A stretch of DNA of 64,000 bases from positions 8,922 to 72,921 of the forward strand of contig JAFWMI010000119.1 in assembly GCA_017513965.1 (NCBI GenBank), written 5' to 3'. A program made the position numbers and the translations under genes. Numbering within the stretch: position 1 is the stretch's first letter; each line of letters starts with the position of its first letter. Origin of the DNA: Atopobiaceae bacterium (GTDB lineage: Bacteria > Actinomycetota > Coriobacteriia > Coriobacteriales > Atopobiaceae). Of this stretch, positions 26,809-36,024 are shown in pieces. Below the pieces are notes generated by a model that did not search any database, was not told the origin of the DNA, and saw nothing but the letters and a program-made list of their open reading frames with translations.

Positions 26809-27607
26809 GCTTTCCATCGGTCAATACTACGCAGCCGACTCCCCTGTTCACCGCCTTGATCCCCGGGCAAAAATCATATGCGCGCTGCTCATTATGGTCT
26901 CGGTGTTCTTTATCCATACCCCGGCACAACTTGCCTTGGGCTTTGTTGTGATGCTGGCCGCCGTAGCATGCTCGCATGTTCCCGTTTCCAAGGTGCTCGA
27001 CTCAATAAAGCCCATCGTTGTCGTCTTGCTCATCCTGAGCCTCTTCAACCTGTTCTTAGTCAACACCGGAGAGGTGCTCGTGTCGCTTGGCCCGCTACGC
27101 ATAACCACAGACAGCCTGCGCGCTGCCTTGCTCTACAGCCTTCGTCTGGTGATTGGCGTGCTTGCAGGAGCTCTCATCCTCCTTACCACCACCCCGTCGC
27201 AGCTCACAGATGCCTTTGATGCCTTGCTTGCCCCACTTGCGCAAGTGGGGCTCCCTGCGCACGAGCTCGCCATGGTCTTCTCGCTTATGCTCCGCTTTAT
27301 CCCTACGCTCGCCGACGAGGCCAGCGCCGTGATGGATGCCCAGACGTCGCGAGGCGGCGCCCTGAGCGAGGGCTCCCCCATAAAGCGCATTCGTGCCGTG
27401 GTGCCGATTCTTGTTGCGCTGCTCGCCAGCTCGATTCACCACGCCAACGACCTCTCGCGAGCACTCGACGCACGCTGCTACGAGGGAGGTGCCGCGCGCA
27501 GCCACTGGCACCCGCTACACATGCAAACCGTCGACTGGCTCGTGCTGGGGGCCACGGCTTTATACTTCTTTGCACTTATCCTGCTTGGCGCGTTGCTTCC
27601 GTACTAG
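26798..27607 (+). CDS. ecfT: ECF transporter T component
   Basis: The ATG at 26798 overlaps the ecfA stop. SPVHRLDPRAKI is the N-terminus. It has multiple TM segments and the ARG coupling motif region (SRGG, ALDARCY). Confidence 0.85.
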   Translation: MALRLSIGQYYAADSPVHRLDPRAKIICALLIMVSVFFIHTPAQLALGFVVMLAAVACSHVPVSKVLDSIKPIVVVLLILSLFNLFLVNTGEVLVSLGPLRITTDSLRAALLYSLRLVIGVLAGALILLTTTPSQLTDAFDALLAPLAQVGLPAHELAMVFSLMLRFIPTLADEASAVMDAQTSRGGALSEGSPIKRIRAVVPILVALLASSIHHANDLSRALDARCYEGGAARSHWHPLHMQTVDWLVLGATALYFFALILLGALLPY

Positions 27608-27641
27608 CCCATAAAGAACAGCCAAGTCATTCCGGTGACTC

Positions 27642-27665
27642 GAACAGGGGGACAGCCCCCTGTTC
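27642..27665. terminator. Stem-loop between convergent ecfT and the ROK gene
   Basis: The sequence gaacagggggacagccccctgttc forms a perfect 10-bp stem. Confidence 0.55.
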
Positions 27666-27678
27666 AGAGAAGATCCTC

Positions 27679-28563
27679 TTACGGAACCAGCAAGGCGGCA
27701 CCAACGAGCCCGGCATCGTCGCCAAAACGGGCCTTCTTTATGTTGAGCACATCCGGCGAAGGCACGTATGCGGCGGCCTTTTGTAGCGCCTTTTCCAAAT
27801 AGGCGGGATGATACGCGTCGATGGAACCGCCCACCACAATAACGTCGGGGTCGTAGCACCAAAAGATGTTGGCGAGTCCACGCGCGAGCGTCTCGGTGGC
27901 ATACTCCATAATGTCGACCGCCGTCTGGTCGCCCGCATACCAGCGCTCAAACAGCTCCTTGGGTGTGGTCGGCTCGCCGTAGTGCAGCGTGGCCAAGCGC
28001 GCAAATCCCGTACCACCTGCATTCTCGTTGAGCGAGCCAGGATTAGCGCTACCACGCCCATGCGGGTCGTCGTTCACGATCATGTTCCAATACTCGGCGG
28101 TATTGCCGTGCGCACCGTTAATGAGCTCGCCGCGGTATACATACGCACCGCCAAAACCTGTAGATAAGCCCACAAAGATGACGGACTCGGCTCCCTTGCC
28201 CCCTCCGAGCAAGGCCTCTGCCAAGCCCGCCACGTTTGCGTCGTTGTTGAGGTAGGTGGGAAGGCCGGTCTCACGCGCAAAGAACTCTACTATGGGGAAG
28301 TCGTTCCAACCAACGAGGTTGGGAGGATTGAGTACCTTGCCTGCGCGCAGGTCGAGTGGCCCCGGACAACCAATGCCTATGCCAGCAAGCCCAATGCCCG
28401 CCTCCTGTTGATCCTTGACGAAGTCCACAAGCGGGGAGAGGTTCTCCTCTGGAAGCTTGGCACGATCGTTGGAGGTCTTGTAGACCTCCACAATGCCGTA
28501 GTCCTCGTCCAAAAGCGCGATACGCAGCTGCGTGCCGCCAATATCGACCCCAATGCGATGCAT
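27679..28563 (-). CDS. ROK-family sugar kinase-like protein lacking the ROK zinc motif
   Basis: The ATG at 28563 is preceded by GAGGAGG. IGVDIGGTQLRIAL, GIGCPGPLD and LNNDANVAGLAEA are ROK/ASKHA motifs. The usual GHx...CxCGxxGC zinc segment is replaced by AEYWNMIVNDDPHGRGSANPGS, which has no Cys. There is no N-terminal HTH. Confidence 0.75.
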   Translation of the reverse strand: MHRIGVDIGGTQLRIALLDEDYGIVEVYKTSNDRAKLPEENLSPLVDFVKDQQEAGIGLAGIGIGCPGPLDLRAGKVLNPPNLVGWNDFPIVEFFARETGLPTYLNNDANVAGLAEALLGGGKGAESVIFVGLSTGFGGAYVYRGELINGAHGNTAEYWNMIVNDDPHGRGSANPGSLNENAGGTGFARLATLHYGEPTTPKELFERWYAGDQTAVDIMEYATETLARGLANIFWCYDPDVIVVGGSIDAYHPAYLEKALQKAAAYVPSPDVLNIKKARFGDDAGLVGAALLVP

Positions 28564-28669
28564 GATTCCTCCTCGTGTTGGATATACATCCATCATACCA
28601 GCGTACTCCGCATGTGCTTCGTGGCTTTCCGGCCACGTAGAGCGTGCGAACGAAGCCTGTCGCGCCGGC

Positions 28670-28704
28670 GGATTACGCACAATGAATTTCATTGTGCGTA
28701 ATCC
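28670..28704. repeat. Perfect 17-1-17 palindrome (candidate operator)
   Basis: The sequence is ggattacgcacaatgaa t ttcattgtgcgtaatcc. It lies about 107 nt upstream of the ROK start codon. Confidence 0.85.
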
Positions 28705-28757
28705 GTGGGTCCAATCCACCGGCCAACTGGCGTTTCTCTTATCAGCTGCCCTAAACT

Positions 28758-28782
28758 ACGCACAATAGAATTTATTGTGCGT
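28758..28782. repeat. Second palindrome sharing the ACGCACAAT half-site
   Basis: The sequence is acgcacaata gaatt tattgtgcgt. It shares the half-site of the 28670-28704 palindrome but has different spacing. Confidence 0.8.
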
Positions 28783-28882
28783 GTTCTGTTTGGCAACGGG
28801 ACAGAGAGTGCGACTCACCTCATTTGTTGAATTGGGTGCTAGCGCACTCCAGATAATCTCAAATTTTAACTTTTAACCATCT

Positions 28883-28921
28883 GTGCACTATGGTGCGCAC
28901 TTTTCGTGCACTATAATGCAC
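28883..28921 (+). promoter_or_regulatory. Direct GTGCACTAT repeats overlapping a TATAAT box upstream of the XRE gene
   Basis: GTGCACTAT occurs at 28883-28891 and 28906-28914. The second copy is part of the near-palindrome GTGCACTATAATGCAC, which contains TATAAT (28912-28917). This is 33 nt upstream of the ATG at 28950. Confidence 0.4.
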
Positions 28922-28949
28922 GGCTCCCTACAGGCGTACGCTCATATTA

Positions 28950-29258
28950 ATGAATATGAAAACGCCTGATTACATGTCCCACCGAGAGCTCTATGCCTAC
29001 GAGCTCACTCGCCTTCGTTCGGAGCAGGGATTCTCTAAATCCGACTTCGCAACGATGGTTGGCGTCAGCAGGCGTCATCTCGTAAACCTCGAAGCGGCAC
29101 ACGCGAGTCCCACGCTGGAAATGATGGAGCGAATCGCCGCAGGACTCGACGTGCCTGTCTCTGACATGGTGGATTTTGAGACCATCTTGCAACGGCGTTT
29201 GTCAACCGCCTCTAGCACGCTAAACGCACCGAACATCACCAAGGAATACCGGGAGTAG
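28950..29258 (+). CDS. XRE-family helix-turn-helix transcriptional regulator
   Basis: LRSEQGFSKSDFATMVGVSRRHLVNLEAAHASPTLEMMERIAAGLDV is a classic HTH_3/XRE domain. Length is 102 aa. No clear SD, so the start is uncertain (alternative ATG at 28956). Confidence 0.75.
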   Translation: MNMKTPDYMSHRELYAYELTRLRSEQGFSKSDFATMVGVSRRHLVNLEAAHASPTLEMMERIAAGLDVPVSDMVDFETILQRRLSTASSTLNAPNITKEYRE

Positions 29259-29265
29259 CGCTCTG

Positions 29266-29868
29266 CTATTCGTCCGCCTCGGCAACCAGTTGGATACCCG
29301 AACGATCCGCAAGACTTGCGTAGCCCGTTCCGAGCCACACGCTCGACTCTCCCGGTCCCAGCACGAGTGGCATGCGACTGTGTATGGGATGTACGCTTGC
29401 GTTGGGCTCGGTGGTAACCACCGAGAACCGCCCCCGATCTTGAATCCCCGCAAGCAAGAACACCGAACGTCCTGGCATGTGGAAGCGTACCTCTCCGCCA
29501 CGCCGCTCGCGCGAGCGCGTCCACGACTCATAGAAGCCACGCACCGGCACAAGGCACCGTCCCGCAACCATGGGCGATGCCCACATACCGCGACCGGTTC
29601 CGGCTTGTTCGAGCGCTGTCTCTATGCGTGTGTTGAACACACGCTTGGACCTCCCGCCCACGCGTGCGTCAAATCCCCAACAGAGCTCGGCCACCTCAAG
29701 CTCCCCCGATTCTCCCAGGATAAACAGGGGAACCTGAGTTCCCGGATAGGCGTCAGGCACGACGACTCCAGGCTCCCGACGCGGTACGCGCGCGCGGCCA
29801 GTCGCGTTCTTCTCGTTCAATGCCTCTTCCAGCTCTGCACGCAACAGCGGTAGAAATCTGTGACACAT
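29266..29868 (-). CDS. SOS response-associated peptidase (SRAP / YedK-like, DUF159)
   Basis: The start was set at MCHRF because SRAP chemistry needs Cys2. Family motifs are NTRIE, CLVPVRGFYEW-like (CLVPVRGFYESW), FLLAGI, VVTTEPN and IHSRMPLVL. Confidence 0.8.
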   Translation of the reverse strand: MCHRFLPLLRAELEEALNEKNATGRARVPRREPGVVVPDAYPGTQVPLFILGESGELEVAELCWGFDARVGGRSKRVFNTRIETALEQAGTGRGMWASPMVAGRCLVPVRGFYESWTRSRERRGGEVRFHMPGRSVFLLAGIQDRGRFSVVTTEPNASVHPIHSRMPLVLGPGESSVWLGTGYASLADRSGIQLVAEADE

Positions 29869-30007
29869 AGCCGCGCCCCATTCTCCCCTATCCAAACCCA
29901 CATGGCATAAACAGGTTCCACACATGTGACTTGTGGGGTAATGCCCCGTTTGGCCTGCCATCCGCTATCATAATACGGTCTGTCGCACCCAACGAAGGGT
30001 AGGTATT

Positions 30008-33000
30008 ATGGTCTCTCGCGTTTACGTCGAGAAAAAACCCGGCTTCGACGTCGAGGCGCGCCAACTGAGTCACGAGCTCAGGCACACGCTTGGCGTCAAA
30101 GGTCTCACAAACGTGCGCATTATCAATCGGTACGATGTGGAAGGCATCTCGCAGGAGCTCTTTGAGCAATGCGTTCCCACCGTGTTTAGCGAGCCCCAAT
30201 CGGACGACGTCTTCTACGAGCTGCCCAAGCTCCCCAAATCCGCCAAGGTCTTTGCCGTGGAGTTTTTGCCCGGCCAGTTTGACCAGCGCGCGGCAAGCGC
30301 GAGCGAGTGCATCCAGCTCATAAGCCAAGGCGAGCGACCTGAGGTGGCTAGCGCAAAGGTATACATTCTGTCTGGCCGCGTAAGCAAGGCAGGTACGGAG
30401 GCGGTCAAGCAGTACGTCATCAATCCCGTTGAGGCACGAGAGGCATCGCTTGATTCGCGTGACACCCTCGCGCTTGAGCTCGAGGAGCCTCAACCCGTAG
30501 AGGTGCTTAAGGGATTCCGCCGGTATGGTCAAAAGCGGCTGGCTGCCTTCATTGACGAGCGCGGGCTCGCGATGGACCTCGCAGACATCACGTTTTGCCA
30601 AGACTACTTTAAAACCGAGAAGCGCGATCCCACCATTACCGAGATCAAGATGATCGACACCTATTGGAGCGATCATTGCCGTCACACCACCTTTGGCACC
30701 ATTCTCGACGAGGTATCCATTGACGATGCGGTGGTGCAGCAGGCGTTCGATCGCTACCTGCAGATTCGCCACGAGCTCGGACGCGATGAGAAGCCCATTT
30801 GCCTTATGGACATGGGTACTATTGGTGCCAAGTGGCTTGAGCACACGGGCCAACTCACCGGTTTGGACGAATCGGAAGAGATCAACGCCTGCACGGTAAA
30901 GGTGACCGTGGACGTGGACGGAGAAGACCAGGACTGGCTCTTCCTCTTTAAGAACGAGACCCATAACCACCCCACCGAGATTGAGCCCTTTGGCGGTGCC
31001 GCCACCTGCATTGGCGGAGCCATTCGCGACCCGCTGAGTGGTCGTAGCTACGTGTACCAGGCCATGCGTGTTACCGGCGCGGCCGACCCCACGGTTCCCG
31101 TAAGCGAGACCATGCCCGGCAAGCTACCGCAGCGCAAGCTCGTGCGCACCGCCGCCGCTGGATACTCGAGCTATGGCAATCAGATTGGCTTGGCAACCGG
31201 TCAGGTGAGCGAGCTCTACCACCCAGACTACGTCGCCAAGCGCATGGAGATTGGTGCCGTGGTGGGCGCCACGCCCGCAAGCCACGTGCGCCGCGAGTGC
31301 CCTGCCCCTGGCGACGTGATCGTTTTGCTGGGCGGACGCACAGGCCGCGATGGCATTGGTGGCGCCACGGGCAGCTCCAAGGCGCACAAGCTCGAGAGCC
31401 TCACCACCTGTGGTGCCGAGGTACAGAAGGGCAACCCACCCATCGAGCGCAAGCTCCAGCGCCTCTTCCGCCGCGAGGACGCCTGCAAGCTCATCAAGCG
31501 CTGCAACGACTTTGGTGCTGGTGGCGTAAGCGTTGCCATTGGCGAGCTTGCCGACGGTCTGGACATCAACCTCGACCTGGTGCCCAAGAAGTACGAAGGC
31601 CTCGACGGAACCGAGCTCGCCATCTCCGAGAGCCAGGAGCGCATGGCCGTGGCACTCGACCCGGCAGACGTGAACGAGTTCTTTGGCTATGCCCACGAGG
31701 AGAACCTCGAGGCCACGGCCGTGGCGACCGTTACGGAAGAGCCACGACTGCGCATGCATTGGAACGGCGACACCATCGTGGACGTAAGCCGCGAGTTCCT
31801 CAGCTCAAACGGCGCTCCCAAGCATCAGGCCGTGCACATTGAGGCTGCCCAGCCATGGCAACCCACCTGGGATGGCACCACCGTCGCCGAGCGTCTACGT
31901 TCGGTCCTCACCGACCTCAACGTTGCCTCGAACAAGGGTCTCTCGGAGCGGTTTGACTCAACCATCGGCGCGGCAAGCGCCCTTATGCCCTTTGGCGGCA
32001 AGACGCAACTCTCCCCCGCCATGGGCATGGTGGCAAAAATGCCCGTCGACGGCGAGACCACCACGGTTTCTGGTATGGCATGGGGCTACAATCCCTACCT
32101 CACCAGCGCCAATCAGTTTGCTGGCGCCTATTTGGCAGTCGTTGAGTCCATCGCACGCCTGGTTGCCTGCGGACTCCTGCACAAAGACGCCTACCTCACC
32201 TTCCAAGAGTACTTTGAGCGTCTGCGCGACGAGCCCGAGCGCTGGGGCAAGCCCGCCGGTGCCGTGCTGGGCGCACTGATGGCCCAGCTCGACTTGGGCA
32301 TTGGCTCCATTGGCGGCAAGGACTCCATGAGCGGCAGCTTTGAGGATCTGGACGTACCGCCCACGCTCGTGAGCTTTGCCACGGCAGTCGGCTCGCTTGA
32401 GCGGGTGATGTCGCCCGAGTTCAAGCACGCAGGCAGCAAGATCGTACTGGTATCACCCAACTACCAAGACGGGGGCATTGTTCCCGAGCCCGCATCGATG
32501 CTCGCCACCATGAGCTTTGTGGAAAGGCTCATTGGTGACGAAGACGCCACCGCCGTGGCGACCGCAGGATACGGTTGCTTGGCCGAGACCATCTTCAAGA
32601 TGTGCGTCGGCAATCAGCTCGGCGCGGACCTCTGGGGCATGGATGCCGAACGGCTCTTCCAGCCCGCCTACGGCACCTTTGTGGTGGAAGTCAGCGATTG
32701 CACGTTTGTGCCGCGCAGCACGCCGATCGTCAACATTGCCCACGTGGGCACCGTAACGAGCGAGTACGCCCTTGTGGCAGACGGCGAGCACATCGACCTC
32801 GCCACTGAGCAGGAGGCTTGGGAGTCGCGCCTGGAGCCCGTGTTCCCCTATCGCGAGCAGGGAGAGGCGGTCGAGCAGGTTTCGTACCATGCGCCCGAGC
32901 ACGGCGTCTTGCCAATGTGGTCAAAAACGCGTTATGCCAGGCCGCGCGTAATCATCCCCGTGTTCCCAGGCAACAACTGCGAGTACGACTCAGCTCGGGC

Positions 33001-33739
33001 GTTCCGTAGGGCTGGAGCCGAGGTTACCACCTTCGTCATCAACAACCTCACACCTCAGGCGGTCGTAGAGAGCACCAACAAGCTCGTGGAAGAAATCGAA
33101 CGCGCGCAGATCATCATGATTCCTGGTGGCTTCTCGGGTGGAGACGAGCCAGACGGATCCGCCAAGTTCATTACCGCGTTCTTCCGCGCTCCGCAGGTTA
33201 CCGAGGCCGTACGCAAGCTTCTCAACGAGCGCGATGGCCTCATGCTCGGCATCTGCAACGGCTTCCAGGCGCTCGTTAAGCTAGGCTTGGTACCATTTGG
33301 CGACATCGTCCCCATGACCGATGCCTGCCCCACGCTCACGTTCAACTCCATCGGTCGCCACCAGAGCCGTTTGGTGCGCACGCGCGTAGCAAGCGACCTC
33401 TCGCCTTGGCTCTCCAAGTGCGAGGTGGGCGACGTACACAACATTGCCATCAGCCACGGTGAGGGCCGCTTCGTGGCCAGTGACGAACTACTCGCGAAGC
33501 TCGTGGCAAACGGACAAGTCGCCACGCAGTATGTGGACGAGCAGGGCATGCCCAGCATGGACCTCTCCGTTAACCCCAACGGCTCGGCGCTTGCCATTGA
33601 GGGCATCACCAGCCCCGACGGCCGCGTGCTGGGCAAGATGGGTCACACCGAGCGCTCGGCAGATGGCCTCTACCAAAATGTGCCCGGCAATGCGTTCCAA
33701 CCGCTCATCGAGGGTGGCATCGCCTACTTCGCAGACTAG
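30008..33739 (+). CDS. purL: Phosphoribosylformylglycinamidine synthase, single-chain large type
   Basis: 1243 aa. It has a PurS-like N-terminus, the FGAM synthetase core (ETHNHPTEIEPFGGAATCIGG, GGKDSMSG) and a C-terminal glutaminase (GICNGFQAL, HGEG). Confidence 0.95.
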   Translation: MVSRVYVEKKPGFDVEARQLSHELRHTLGVKGLTNVRIINRYDVEGISQELFEQCVPTVFSEPQSDDVFYELPKLPKSAKVFAVEFLPGQFDQRAASASECIQLISQGERPEVASAKVYILSGRVSKAGTEAVKQYVINPVEAREASLDSRDTLALELEEPQPVEVLKGFRRYGQKRLAAFIDERGLAMDLADITFCQDYFKTEKRDPTITEIKMIDTYWSDHCRHTTFGTILDEVSIDDAVVQQAFDRYLQIRHELGRDEKPICLMDMGTIGAKWLEHTGQLTGLDESEEINACTVKVTVDVDGEDQDWLFLFKNETHNHPTEIEPFGGAATCIGGAIRDPLSGRSYVYQAMRVTGAADPTVPVSETMPGKLPQRKLVRTAAAGYSSYGNQIGLATGQVSELYHPDYVAKRMEIGAVVGATPASHVRRECPAPGDVIVLLGGRTGRDGIGGATGSSKAHKLESLTTCGAEVQKGNPPIERKLQRLFRREDACKLIKRCNDFGAGGVSVAIGELADGLDINLDLVPKKYEGLDGTELAISESQERMAVALDPADVNEFFGYAHEENLEATAVATVTEEPRLRMHWNGDTIVDVSREFLSSNGAPKHQAVHIEAAQPWQPTWDGTTVAERLRSVLTDLNVASNKGLSERFDSTIGAASALMPFGGKTQLSPAMGMVAKMPVDGETTTVSGMAWGYNPYLTSANQFAGAYLAVVESIARLVACGLLHKDAYLTFQEYFERLRDEPERWGKPAGAVLGALMAQLDLGIGSIGGKDSMSGSFEDLDVPPTLVSFATAVGSLERVMSPEFKHAGSKIVLVSPNYQDGGIVPEPASMLATMSFVERLIGDEDATAVATAGYGCLAETIFKMCVGNQLGADLWGMDAERLFQPAYGTFVVEVSDCTFVPRSTPIVNIAHVGTVTSEYALVADGEHIDLATEQEAWESRLEPVFPYREQGEAVEQVSYHAPEHGVLPMWSKTRYARPRVIIPVFPGNNCEYDSARAFRRAGAEVTTFVINNLTPQAVVESTNKLVEEIERAQIIMIPGGFSGGDEPDGSAKFITAFFRAPQVTEAVRKLLNERDGLMLGICNGFQALVKLGLVPFGDIVPMTDACPTLTFNSIGRHQSRLVRTRVASDLSPWLSKCEVGDVHNIAISHGEGRFVASDELLAKLVANGQVATQYVDEQGMPSMDLSVNPNGSALAIEGITSPDGRVLGKMGHTERSADGLYQNVPGNAFQPLIEGGIAYFAD

Positions 33740-33763
33740 TCGCCGGTCTCCCTCGGCATTGAC

Positions 33764-33792
33764 GCGCCGGCAGGAGCAACACCTGCCGGCGC
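33764..33792. terminator. Stem-loop between convergent purL and the AKR gene
   Basis: The stem is the 11-bp pair gcgccggcagg / cctgccggcgc with a 7-nt loop (agcaaca). Confidence 0.55.
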
Positions 33793-33815
33793 ATACAGCG
33801 CCATGGAACGTCCCG

Positions 33816-34994
33816 CTAACGCACGGCCCAAACGCGCGCGACGTCACCCGCAACACGCCAAGGCAGCGGTCTGAGCTCGCGATCCGCAATGTGTATTTGC
33901 TCGCGAATCGCTATGCCTTGCGGGCACTTGCGCTCGCAGGCACCGCACTGTATGCACTGGCGCGCAAAGGCCTTCTCCTTGCGCAGCGAGACCGTTTGCC
34001 AGTACTCTTTGCGGCCTGCGTTCTTGTCCTCGGTATACATGCGGTTGTAGCAGCGGAACAGCGCAGGGATGTCCACGCCACGCGGGCAAGGCATGCAGTA
34101 GCCACATCCGGTGCATCCCACGCGCACGCTTGCGTTTATGGCCGCCTTAACCTGCTCCAACACCTCGAAGTCACGCTCTTCGAGCTCTCCATGTGCAGCC
34201 TCGCCCGCAATGCGGCAGTTCTCCTCCACCATCTCCATGGAGTTCATGCCGCTCAGCACACACGTTACACCGGGCTGATTCCACAACCATCGCAATGCCC
34301 ACTCGGCAGGACTCCACGAGCGACCACTCTGGGCAAAGGCATCGAGCGCATCCTGCGGCAGCTGGTTAACCAGCTTGCCACCACGCAACGGCTCCATGAT
34401 CACAACGGGAATGCCAAGACGCTCGGCTTCCTCAAGCCCACGCCTTCCCGCCTGAGTGTGCTCGTCCAAATAGTTGTACTGGATTTGGCAGAAGTCCCAA
34501 TCGTACGCATTGAGCACCTTCAAAAACAGCTCGGTGCTCCCATGAAACGAGAACCCGATGTTGCGAATCGCACCAGACGCCTTCTTGTGGGCAATCCATT
34601 CCTCAATGCCCAAATCCACGAGGTTCTCCCATTGGCGCACGTCGGTAACCATGTGCATGAGATAGTAGTCCACGTAATCGGTACGCAGGCGTCGCAACTC
34701 CTCATCGAAGTATCGATCGATGGCAGACTTCTTGTGAACCAGGTACTGGGGGAGCTTGGTGGCAATACAAACGCTCTCGCGACAGCCATTTCGCTCAAGC
34801 ACGGTACCCACGAGCTCCTCGCTACCGGGGTACAAGTATGCCGTGTCCAGATAGTTCACGCCCAGCTCAATGGCACGAAGCAGTTCGCTCTCGGCCTTCT
34901 TGTAGTCGATGCCGCCACCAGAACGAGAAAAACGCATGCAGCCATATCCGAGTATGGAAATGGGCTCACCCTTTTTGTTGCTCCTGTATTGCAT
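33816..34994 (-). CDS. Aldo/keto reductase with C-terminal 4Fe-4S ferredoxin-like domain
   Basis: The ATG at 34994 is preceded by GGGAGGAG. LGYGCMRF and VNYLDTAYLYPGSEE are AKR motifs. CTGCGYCMPCPRGVDIP and CIQCGACERKCPQGI are Cys clusters. Confidence 0.85.
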   Translation of the reverse strand: MQYRSNKKGEPISILGYGCMRFSRSGGGIDYKKAESELLRAIELGVNYLDTAYLYPGSEELVGTVLERNGCRESVCIATKLPQYLVHKKSAIDRYFDEELRRLRTDYVDYYLMHMVTDVRQWENLVDLGIEEWIAHKKASGAIRNIGFSFHGSTELFLKVLNAYDWDFCQIQYNYLDEHTQAGRRGLEEAERLGIPVVIMEPLRGGKLVNQLPQDALDAFAQSGRSWSPAEWALRWLWNQPGVTCVLSGMNSMEMVEENCRIAGEAAHGELEERDFEVLEQVKAAINASVRVGCTGCGYCMPCPRGVDIPALFRCYNRMYTEDKNAGRKEYWQTVSLRKEKAFARQCIQCGACERKCPQGIAIREQIHIADRELRPLPWRVAGDVARVWAVR

Positions 34995-35125
34995 GGGATC
35001 TCCTCCCTCGCCATGCCATAACAAAATATCTATTCCCGCAACAACCTTAGCACGTTGGCACACAAGGTGCATGTGGTGGAGTAGGATAGCTGTGTAGGAG
35101 GTCCACGCACAGGACTGGAGGAGTC

Positions 35126-35911
35126 ATGGTTTGCCCGCAATGCGGTACCAATCTGCCTGATAACGCACGATTCTGCACACAGTGCGGCTATAAGCTGCAC
35201 CAAGATGCCCCGTCACAACCGCAGGGCACCTCATACCGCCAAGACGAGCAACAACAACCCAATACCGACACAGGCAACCCAAAGAAGAGCCGTGCCAAGC
35301 TCTTGGGCATTGGCATAGCCGTCGCCCTCGTCTCCCTCTTCGTGGCCGGGTGCGTAACGCTTGCCACCTTTTGGGGCACCATAACACGCGCCGGCAGCCA
35401 TGAGCCACACCCCGTGACCTTCATCGTCTCCATCAAGGGTTACGACGACGACTCGTCACGCATACCGGTATCCATAACGGGAACCGACGTTGACGGAAAC
35501 AGGGTAGACAAGACCATTTTCCTTGCCCGCAGCGGCGTGGACGTAGAGCTTGTAGCCGGGTCATACCATGCCAAGGTGCTCGGCTCTCCCATTGCGTCGG
35601 ACGGTACAATCTACCAGTATCCAACCGACGGGATTGACTTTACCATCGACGCTGACCTCAAGGCCGGCGAGGAGTATCGGCTCCCCAACGCGAAGGCGTT
35701 CTTCTTCTATCCGCTAAGCAGCGACAAGATGACCAAAGAGCTGGTTGACGATGCGCTCAAGTGGGCAAGAAAGGACGAGCAGTCCGGAGCAGACGTGGGC
35801 AAGCTCGAAGAGGCGGCCATGTCCCGACTCAATGGCGCCACCAAGGATGAGGGTACAAACACGACGCAGGAACAGGACAATACGAACTCGACCAAGGAAA
35901 CTCCTGCGTAG
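35126..35911 (+). CDS. Zinc-ribbon membrane protein, paralog of 19299-20579
   Basis: It has MVCPQCGTNL...CTQCG and one TM helix (LLGIGIAVALVSLFVAGCVTLATFW). The domain with SRIPVSITG and SPIASDGTIYQYP aligns with the other copy. Confidence 0.7.
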   Translation: MVCPQCGTNLPDNARFCTQCGYKLHQDAPSQPQGTSYRQDEQQQPNTDTGNPKKSRAKLLGIGIAVALVSLFVAGCVTLATFWGTITRAGSHEPHPVTFIVSIKGYDDDSSRIPVSITGTDVDGNRVDKTIFLARSGVDVELVAGSYHAKVLGSPIASDGTIYQYPTDGIDFTIDADLKAGEEYRLPNAKAFFFYPLSSDKMTKELVDDALKWARKDEQSGADVGKLEEAAMSRLNGATKDEGTNTTQEQDNTNSTKETPA

Positions 35912-36024
35912 TGGCTTTGTGCACTCTCACAGCTAATGACAACTTCTCAATCGCATGAGCCCATTCGTAGGCTAGTATGTCTGTTATCTGTCATCAAAAC
36001 GCAACCTTACTTGGAGAATGCACC

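Noticed and set aside
29888-30970. 360-aa minus-strand ORF overlapping the SRAP 5' end and the start of purL
   Set aside because: It is a shadow ORF and conflicts with the unambiguous purL reading frame.
33444-35021. 525-aa plus-strand ORF running from the purL 3' end across the AKR gene
   Set aside because: It is out of frame with purL and antisense to the AKR/Fe-S gene, which has clear motifs. The composition is R/A/H/L-rich.
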